Below, in pieces: positions 58,611 to 64,000 of a stretch of 64,000 nt of DNA. Each line of letters begins with the position of its first letter. The first letter of the stretch is position 1. The stretch is from an uncultured Candidatus Woesearchaeota archaeon (GTDB lineage: Archaea; Nanobdellota; Nanobdellia; Woesearchaeales; DSVV01): NCBI GenBank assembly GCA_963717515.1, contig OY970338.1, forward strand, positions 1,595,593 through 1,659,592, given 5' to 3'. A model generated the notes under the pieces. It did no database searches and was not told the DNA's origin. It was given only the letters and a program-made list of their open reading frames with translations. The position numbers and the translations under genes were made by a program.

Positions 58611-58811
58611 TCAATTAATGAACATTGCATAAATAAGCCATGCAAGGCTCAGGATGAATATGAGCCCGAAGAGCCAGCTGTAGCTTTTTACGAACATGCT
58701 CGCATACGCGCCGACAATCAGGCCTGATGTGAACATGAAGAGCTTGAATGCGCCAATGCCCCAGACATCGAGCTTTTTGTACTTTCCCATTCCCCAGCCG
58801 ATTAATCCCAT
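58611..58811 (-). CDS. Small membrane protein at the end of the hdr operon
   Basis: Starts 3 nt after the hdrB stop; GGAGG ribosome-binding site; two hydrophobic segments. Confidence 0.65.
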   Translation of the reverse strand: MGLIGWGMGKYKKLDVWGIGAFKLFMFTSGLIVGAYASMFVKSYSWLFGLIFILSLAWLIYAMFIN

Positions 58812-58814
58812 TCT

Positions 58815-59699
58815 TTAATCCCCTCCAAGTTTTTTGATAAAAGAATCATCCTTCAGCCTCAGGTTCTCATAGCCTATGTCTTCCAATGTCATGCCCATGG
58901 CAAGCCCGAGGACCTGGAGATAGTGCATGACCATGGTTGTCTTGAATCCCATCTCATCTGCGACATGCTTCTGCCGTAATTCATAGTATTCAAAGCATGT
59001 GGGGCAGACGACAGTCAGCAGGTCTGCATCGAGACCTGAGAGCTTGTCCTTCATCATCTGCTTAGCTGCCTTCTCGTCGACATTGAATATGGGAAACCCG
59101 CAGCACAATGATTTCTTCGGATAATCCACAGGGTCAGCTCCGAGGAATGCGACGAGCTGGTCGAGCTTCACCGGGTTCTCCGGATCGTCGAATCCAAGCC
59201 TCTTCGAAGGCCTCAGGATATGGCAGCCGGAATGCGTGGCTATCTTTATCGGGAGTTGTTTTATTATCTTTATGCTGTCTTTCTTCTCATGGATGAGCTG
59301 GGCATAGAACTTGATGTCTGATATGCCCTTGTACTCGAGTCCCTGGGGCTTGAGCTTGGCATTTATTGGTTTTCGGATGTCGAGGTCCTCAAGCTTATGC
59401 CTAGCCTCCACAAGCGTCTGGGTGCAGCCCGTGCACATCGACAGAATCGGCAGGCCTTCTTTCTCTGCTGTCGCAAGGTTCCTTGCTGCGATCAGGAGCC
59501 AGGTATCGATGTCGACGTCTCTTGCAATCCTTGATGTCGGGCAGCAGACAAAATCGAGGTCCTCGAGGGCGATGTCCATCCTCTTGAATATATCCCTTGC
59601 GAGCTTCTCTATGTACGGCGCGCGGTACTGTATTGTGCAGCCTATGAAGAATGCGTACTTCTCCTGCTTAATCTCTTCCTGCTGGTTCTCTTCTGTCAT
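58815..59699 (-). CDS. hdrB: Heterodisulfide reductase subunit B
   Basis: Two CCG domains: GC..CCP..CTGC and GCH..CCG..CPTC. Confidence 0.9.
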   Translation of the reverse strand: MTEENQQEEIKQEKYAFFIGCTIQYRAPYIEKLARDIFKRMDIALEDLDFVCCPTSRIARDVDIDTWLLIAARNLATAEKEGLPILSMCTGCTQTLVEARHKLEDLDIRKPINAKLKPQGLEYKGISDIKFYAQLIHEKKDSIKIIKQLPIKIATHSGCHILRPSKRLGFDDPENPVKLDQLVAFLGADPVDYPKKSLCCGFPIFNVDEKAAKQMMKDKLSGLDADLLTVVCPTCFEYYELRQKHVADEMGFKTTMVMHYLQVLGLAMGMTLEDIGYENLRLKDDSFIKKLGGD

Positions 59700-60148
59700 T
59701 TGTTTTCAGGCGTATTCAAATTCTGCTGCTTGACTGGTTTTAGGCCGAGCTCCTCCCTTTTTTTGTTCGTGAGTTCGCTCAACGGGTATGCAGAGCCTGT
59801 CTCGAGCAGGTGGCTGAATGCTGCCATGGCTTCCTGTTTTTTCTGGGGAGTCACGAGGTTCTCCCTTATGGCGATGTTCTTGAGCTTGACTATGACCTCA
59901 TATGGGTTGACATCCTGCGGGCATCTCTCATTGCATGAATTGCATGTTATGCACCTCCACAGATCATCGTTGAGTGTCCTGTCCTGCATGCCCCTGAGGC
60001 ATTCGAGTATGAATTCCCTGGGCGAGAAATGGCCGGAATACAGTGTCGCAGGGCAGGATGATGTGCATGTCCCGCACTGGAAGCAGCGCTTCAGCTTTGG
60101 GATCTCATCTACTATCTTCTTCCTGAGTTCATTATTGATTGTTTCCAA
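59696..60148 (-). CDS. hdrC: Heterodisulfide reductase subunit C
   Basis: CFQCGTCTSSCP and WRCITCNSCNERCP. Confidence 0.92.
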   Translation of the reverse strand: METINNELRKKIVDEIPKLKRCFQCGTCTSSCPATLYSGHFSPREFILECLRGMQDRTLNDDLWRCITCNSCNERCPQDVNPYEVIVKLKNIAIRENLVTPQKKQEAMAAFSHLLETGSAYPLSELTNKKREELGLKPVKQQNLNTPENK

Positions 60149-62528
60149 TTTCCTTGAGCTCCCTTACGAGTTTTGTCACGTATTCAGCGAACCTGTTGCC
60201 CTCTGCTGCGCTTATCCAGTTCAGCTTCAATCTTTCGCTCGGTATGTTGTATTTTTCAGGCAGCTTCTTCTGCAGGGCCTCAATGCGCTTCTTTGCAAAG
60301 TGGTTGCCTGATATGTAATGGCAGTCTGACGGGAGATGACATCCTGTCACCCAGACTATCTGCGCTCCCTTCTCGAATGCCCTGAGCACGAATTTATCAG
60401 AGACCCTGCCTGAGCACATCACACGAATGACCCTGATCTCCGGAGGGTACTGGAACCTTGAGACGCCTGCAAGGTCTGCGCCTGCATACGAACACCAATT
60501 GCAGCAGAATGCGAGTATCTTCTCTTTCGGCTTGTCTGCAAGAGCGGCGTCAATCTGAGCCATTATCTGCTGGTCTGTGAAATGCTTCTGGTCAAGGGCG
60601 CTGACAGGGCATTCTGCAACGCATGTTCCGCAGCCATGGCACTTGACCTCGTTGTGCACGCATTTCTTGTCGACGAGTGTGTTCGCTCCGTACGGGCACG
60701 CCCTCACGCACGCTCCGCAGCCTATGCATTTCTCCTTGTCGACGATGACTGTTATACCTTCGATGAATACCTTGCCCTTGTTCATGGGGATAGCTGCCCT
60801 GGCAGCTGCTCCGCTGGCACTGGTCACGCTGTCTTTTATGTCCTTAGGGCTCTCTCCCGAACCTGCCAAATATATCCCGTCGCCAGGGCTGTCCAGGGGT
60901 TTGAGCTTCGGGTGAGATTCGAGGTAGAACCCGTCATTGTTCCTTGGGATGTGTAATATCTCTGAAACTTCCTTCGACGACTTGTTCGGCACCATGCCTG
61001 ATGCCAGTATCGCAAGGTCGACCTCCTGACGGAAGACCTCGCCTGTCAGCACATCTTCGCCGACGACAATAGGGTTCTTCTCATTCCCTTCTTCTATGTG
61101 CGAGACCCTGCTCTTGATGAACTGCACCCCTGCATTCCTCGACCTCTGGTACAGTTCCTCAAAGCCTTTTCCGAATGCTCTTATGTCAATGTAGTATATG
61201 AATACATCAGCGTCAGGCACATGCTCTTTTATCAATAATGAGAGTTTGATGGAATTCAGGCAGCAGACATTAGAGCAGTACTCGTTTCCGCATGTCTTGT
61301 CCCTCGAGCCCACGCACTGGAGGAATGCGAATGATTTCGCGTGCTTTTTGTCTCTTCGGTTCAATGCTCCTCCTGTAGGTCCTCCTGCACAGACAATGCG
61401 CTCGAATTCTATTGAGTCTATTACATTCTCATACCTGCCGTAGCCGTATTCTGTCTTCTCAGCAGGGTTGAAGCTCTCGCAGCCTGTAGCTACGATTATC
61501 GTCCCGACCTTGAACTTGTGCGTGACCTCTTTCTGGGTGAAATCTATTGCATTTCTCGCTCCGCAGACATCAGCGCACTTGTAGCACTCGATGCACTTGT
61601 CAGGGTCGATGTAATACTTCTGGGGCACTGCCTGGGGGAAGAAAGCTGATATGGCCTTTGAAGGTTTCAGGTCCCTCTCGAACTTGCTAGGCACAGTGAC
61701 AGGGCATTCTGGAGTGCATTCCCCGCAGCCAGTGCACTTGTCCATGTCCACGTACCTCGGCTTTGTCACGGCCTTCACATGGAAGCTTCCTATGTAGCCT
61801 GTCACTTCCTTGACCTCTGTGAATGTGAGGAGCTTTATGTTAGGGTGCCTGCCCACGTCGACAAGCTTCGGCCCCTCGATGCAGATGGAGCAGTCCATTG
61901 TCGGGAATGTCTTGTCCAATTGAGCCATGCGCCCGCCGATGCTCGGCTCTTTCTCGACAAGGTATACTGCAAATCCCATGTCGCCGAGGTCGAGCGCTGC
62001 CTGGCACCCTGCAATCCCTCCGCCGATTATCAGGGCCTTCTTCTCGACAGGGACGCCGATGTTCTCCAGGGGCTGGAGAAGCCTTGCTTTTGCAACAGCC
62101 ATGGCAACTATGTCCTTTGCCTTCTCTGTCGCTTTCTCCTTTTCCCAGAGATGCACCCATGAGCAGTGCTCCCTTATATTTGCCATCTCAAGGAAATACG
62201 GGTTCAGACCCACTTCTGTGAGGCATCGCCTGAACGTGGGCTCGTGCATCTTAGGCGAGCATGCAGCTACGATGACGCGGTTGACGCCGAAATCCTTTAT
62301 CGCTTTCTTTATCGAGTCCTGGCCAGGGTCTGAGCATGAGTAGATGTTGTCGTCGGATAAAACCACGTCAGGCAGGGTCTTTGCATATTCTGTGACAGCC
62401 TTGACGTCGACGACACCGCCGATGTTCTTTCCGCAATGGCAGACAAAGACACCTACTTTCGGCGCATCAGCTATTTGAGCCTTCGGTTTGGCTTTTGCCT
62501 TCTCTTTTCTTTCACTCTTCTTTTTCAT
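60132..62528 (-). CDS. hdrA: HdrA-MvhD fusion
   Basis: VFVCHCG, AACSP, NIREHCSWVH, GGGIAG, LDKTFPTMDCSIC, QCVGSRD, YCSNVCC; C-terminal MvhD motifs CCNWCSY, RVMCSGRV and GCH..DCHY. Confidence 0.93.
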   Translation of the reverse strand: MKKKSERKEKAKAKPKAQIADAPKVGVFVCHCGKNIGGVVDVKAVTEYAKTLPDVVLSDDNIYSCSDPGQDSIKKAIKDFGVNRVIVAACSPKMHEPTFRRCLTEVGLNPYFLEMANIREHCSWVHLWEKEKATEKAKDIVAMAVAKARLLQPLENIGVPVEKKALIIGGGIAGCQAALDLGDMGFAVYLVEKEPSIGGRMAQLDKTFPTMDCSICIEGPKLVDVGRHPNIKLLTFTEVKEVTGYIGSFHVKAVTKPRYVDMDKCTGCGECTPECPVTVPSKFERDLKPSKAISAFFPQAVPQKYYIDPDKCIECYKCADVCGARNAIDFTQKEVTHKFKVGTIIVATGCESFNPAEKTEYGYGRYENVIDSIEFERIVCAGGPTGGALNRRDKKHAKSFAFLQCVGSRDKTCGNEYCSNVCCLNSIKLSLLIKEHVPDADVFIYYIDIRAFGKGFEELYQRSRNAGVQFIKSRVSHIEEGNEKNPIVVGEDVLTGEVFRQEVDLAILASGMVPNKSSKEVSEILHIPRNNDGFYLESHPKLKPLDSPGDGIYLAGSGESPKDIKDSVTSASGAAARAAIPMNKGKVFIEGITVIVDKEKCIGCGACVRACPYGANTLVDKKCVHNEVKCHGCGTCVAECPVSALDQKHFTDQQIMAQIDAALADKPKEKILAFCCNWCSYAGADLAGVSRFQYPPEIRVIRVMCSGRVSDKFVLRAFEKGAQIVWVTGCHLPSDCHYISGNHFAKKRIEALQKKLPEKYNIPSERLKLNWISAAEGNRFAEYVTKLVRELKEIGNNQ

Positions 62529-63468
62529 CTGTCTTCACGAGCCCTGTCTTTTTTGTCATATCGATTATCTTCCTGAGATTGTTGTTGTTGTGATACAGAG
62601 ATTTTCCCTCTGTCCTTGTCAGCTTCTCTATCGCCCTGCTCCAGGCATTGGAATATCCTTCGCCCTTGTGGATGATGCTTGTCCTGCTTGACTTGATCAA
62701 ACCGTACGGGCAGGCATTCTTGCATGCGCCGCAGTAGAGGCAGAGGCTCTCGTCCACCTTGATTCTCTTCATCTCTCTGCTGCTGTCGAAGCGGGTTATT
62801 ATGTTTATAGGGCAGGCTGCCACGCACTCCTCGCAGCCTTTCGGGCAGTCCTTTGTGACCTCATGCTTTCCTGTGTATAACTTCCTTGCTTCTGTGTTGT
62901 TTATCGCCTGTTTTTTTGGGAACTCCGGGAGCATGTGCTTTTCCAGATATTCATTCTTCGGCTCGCCATTGTATGTGAGGTTTATGCATTCCAATGGGCA
63001 GAAATTCACGCAAAGGCCGCAGAGCACGCACTTGTCATTCATCGTCTTCTTTTTATCCTTTATCTCGACAGCCTCTTTCGGGCAGACGAGCGAGCATATC
63101 TCGCAGTCAGAGCATATCTCATTATCGAACCAGAACCTCACATGGTCGACGTACATGTCGATCCTCTTCTCTTCAATGTGCTTCTCAGGGTGGCGTGAGT
63201 ACTGTCTCAATCGGATTATCCTTCTTTCGATGAACTTTATCAGGTTGTCCTTGAGCCTTATGTTCCTTATGTCCCTTGCAAGCCTCTGGTCGCCGATGCT
63301 TCCTCTTATCCAGTTGTAGAAATCATTCTTGTCTGCATTATTGAACAATGCATAGGTCTTGCTGTCCATGGTCTTGAGGGCTTCTGCTAATCCTCTGAGA
63401 TTTCTGATGCTCATGCTGCCTATGATAAAAGGGTCGGCATTGGATAGGTATCTCTTGAAATCATCCAT
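62512..63468 (-). CDS. Polyferredoxin (four [4Fe-4S] motifs) with N-terminal DUF5752-like domain
   Basis: IRNLRGLAEAL..KNDFYNWI..DQRLA; four CxxCxxCxxxCP-type motifs. Confidence 0.8.
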   Translation of the reverse strand: MDDFKRYLSNADPFIIGSMSIRNLRGLAEALKTMDSKTYALFNNADKNDFYNWIRGSIGDQRLARDIRNIRLKDNLIKFIERRIIRLRQYSRHPEKHIEEKRIDMYVDHVRFWFDNEICSDCEICSLVCPKEAVEIKDKKKTMNDKCVLCGLCVNFCPLECINLTYNGEPKNEYLEKHMLPEFPKKQAINNTEARKLYTGKHEVTKDCPKGCEECVAACPINIITRFDSSREMKRIKVDESLCLYCGACKNACPYGLIKSSRTSIIHKGEGYSNAWSRAIEKLTRTEGKSLYHNNNNLRKIIDMTKKTGLVKTDEKEE

Positions 63469-63934
63469 CTTTCTTCAGCTTCCTTATGAGCCCCTGGAAA
63501 TTATGCTCTGTCGCCGGCTCAAAGCTCAGTGCACCCTTGGGACAGAACTCGACGCATTTGGGCTTGTCGAATTCCTTGCAGAAGTCGCAGACAAACGCGT
63601 TCTTCTTGTTGAGCGCAAGGGTAATCGAGCCGTACTGGCATCTGGTTATGCAGAGCCCGCATGCAGTGCACCTGTCCCCGTCTATCTTTATCATCTTTTC
63701 CTTGTCGTCGTATATTATGGCCTGGGTCGGACAGCCTTTCACGCAGTCAGGATCTTCGCAGTTCACGCATGACATGGCGATATTGACTATCGGCTCTATC
63801 CTCACGACCTTCATCCTCGAATGGCGCAGGTTCAGGGACTTGTCCTTGTATGCTGCGCAGGCGTATTCGCATATCCTGCAGCCGTTGCAGAGCTCTGTGT
63901 CGCAGATGATGATGTTTCTCGGCTTCTGTTTCAT
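63461..63934 (-). CDS. DmsB/CooF-like four-cluster ferredoxin
   Basis: CNGCRICEYAC, CVNCEDPDCVKGCP, CTACGLCITRC, CDFC..CVEFCP. Confidence 0.9.
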   Translation of the reverse strand: MKQKPRNIIICDTELCNGCRICEYACAAYKDKSLNLRHSRMKVVRIEPIVNIAMSCVNCEDPDCVKGCPTQAIIYDDKEKMIKIDGDRCTACGLCITRCQYGSITLALNKKNAFVCDFCKEFDKPKCVEFCPKGALSFEPATEHNFQGLIRKLKKDG

Positions 63935-63999
63935 CTTATGCCAAGCTCCCTGAGTTTTGATCTTGTCGGGATCCCTTTCTCGTCCCAGCCCCTGGATCT
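63931..63999 (-). CDS. C-terminus of an aldehyde:ferredoxin oxidoreductase (AOR/WOR family), partial
   Basis: Translated by hand: RSRGWDEKGIPTRSKLRELGIR*, matching the RGWD..G.PT...L.ELG terminus of the AOR family. ATGA overlap with the ferredoxin gene. Confidence 0.75.
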   Translation of the reverse strand, partial: RSRGWDEKGIPTRSKLRELGIR

Positions 64000-64000
64000 G

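Noticed and set aside
58815..62528. Hdr genes as evidence of methanogenesis
   Set aside because: HdrABC-MvhD is widespread in non-methanogens, and no mcr, mtr or fwd genes are seen in this window.
1..64000. CRISPR arrays, IS elements, integrases, prophage genes, rRNA
   Set aside because: No regularly spaced repeats or matching proteins were recognised by eye; short or degenerate elements could have been missed.

Overview
Archaeal chromosomal window. Markers include class I LysRS, GatD/GatE, class I CCA enzyme, Cdc48, aMBF1, Dph2, deoxyhypusine synthase, an archaellin, and TATA boxes about 25-30 nt before start codons. Shortened housekeeping proteins and lineage-typical domains suggest a DPANN archaeon, probably Woesearchaeota-like (inference). 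Highlights: (1) an unannotated tRNA-Arg(CCT) split by three introns with bulge-helix-bulge-like junctions (37752-37932); (2) a sucrose-type synthesis/degradation locus (SPS, SPP, GH100 invertase) interrupted by an MNT-HEPN pair; (3) an operon linking a tungsten aldehyde oxidoreductase (C-terminus only visible), two ferredoxins, an HdrA-MvhD fusion, HdrC and HdrB; (4) a bacterial-style two-component cluster with a wHTH-REC-degenerate GGDEF protein and a kinase with an 8-Cys tail; (5) a candidate pseudoknotted ncRNA at 21804-21889; (6) two frameshifted genes and several small ORFs. No CRISPR array, rRNA or transposase was recognised. All calls come from reading motifs by eye; no database searches were run.
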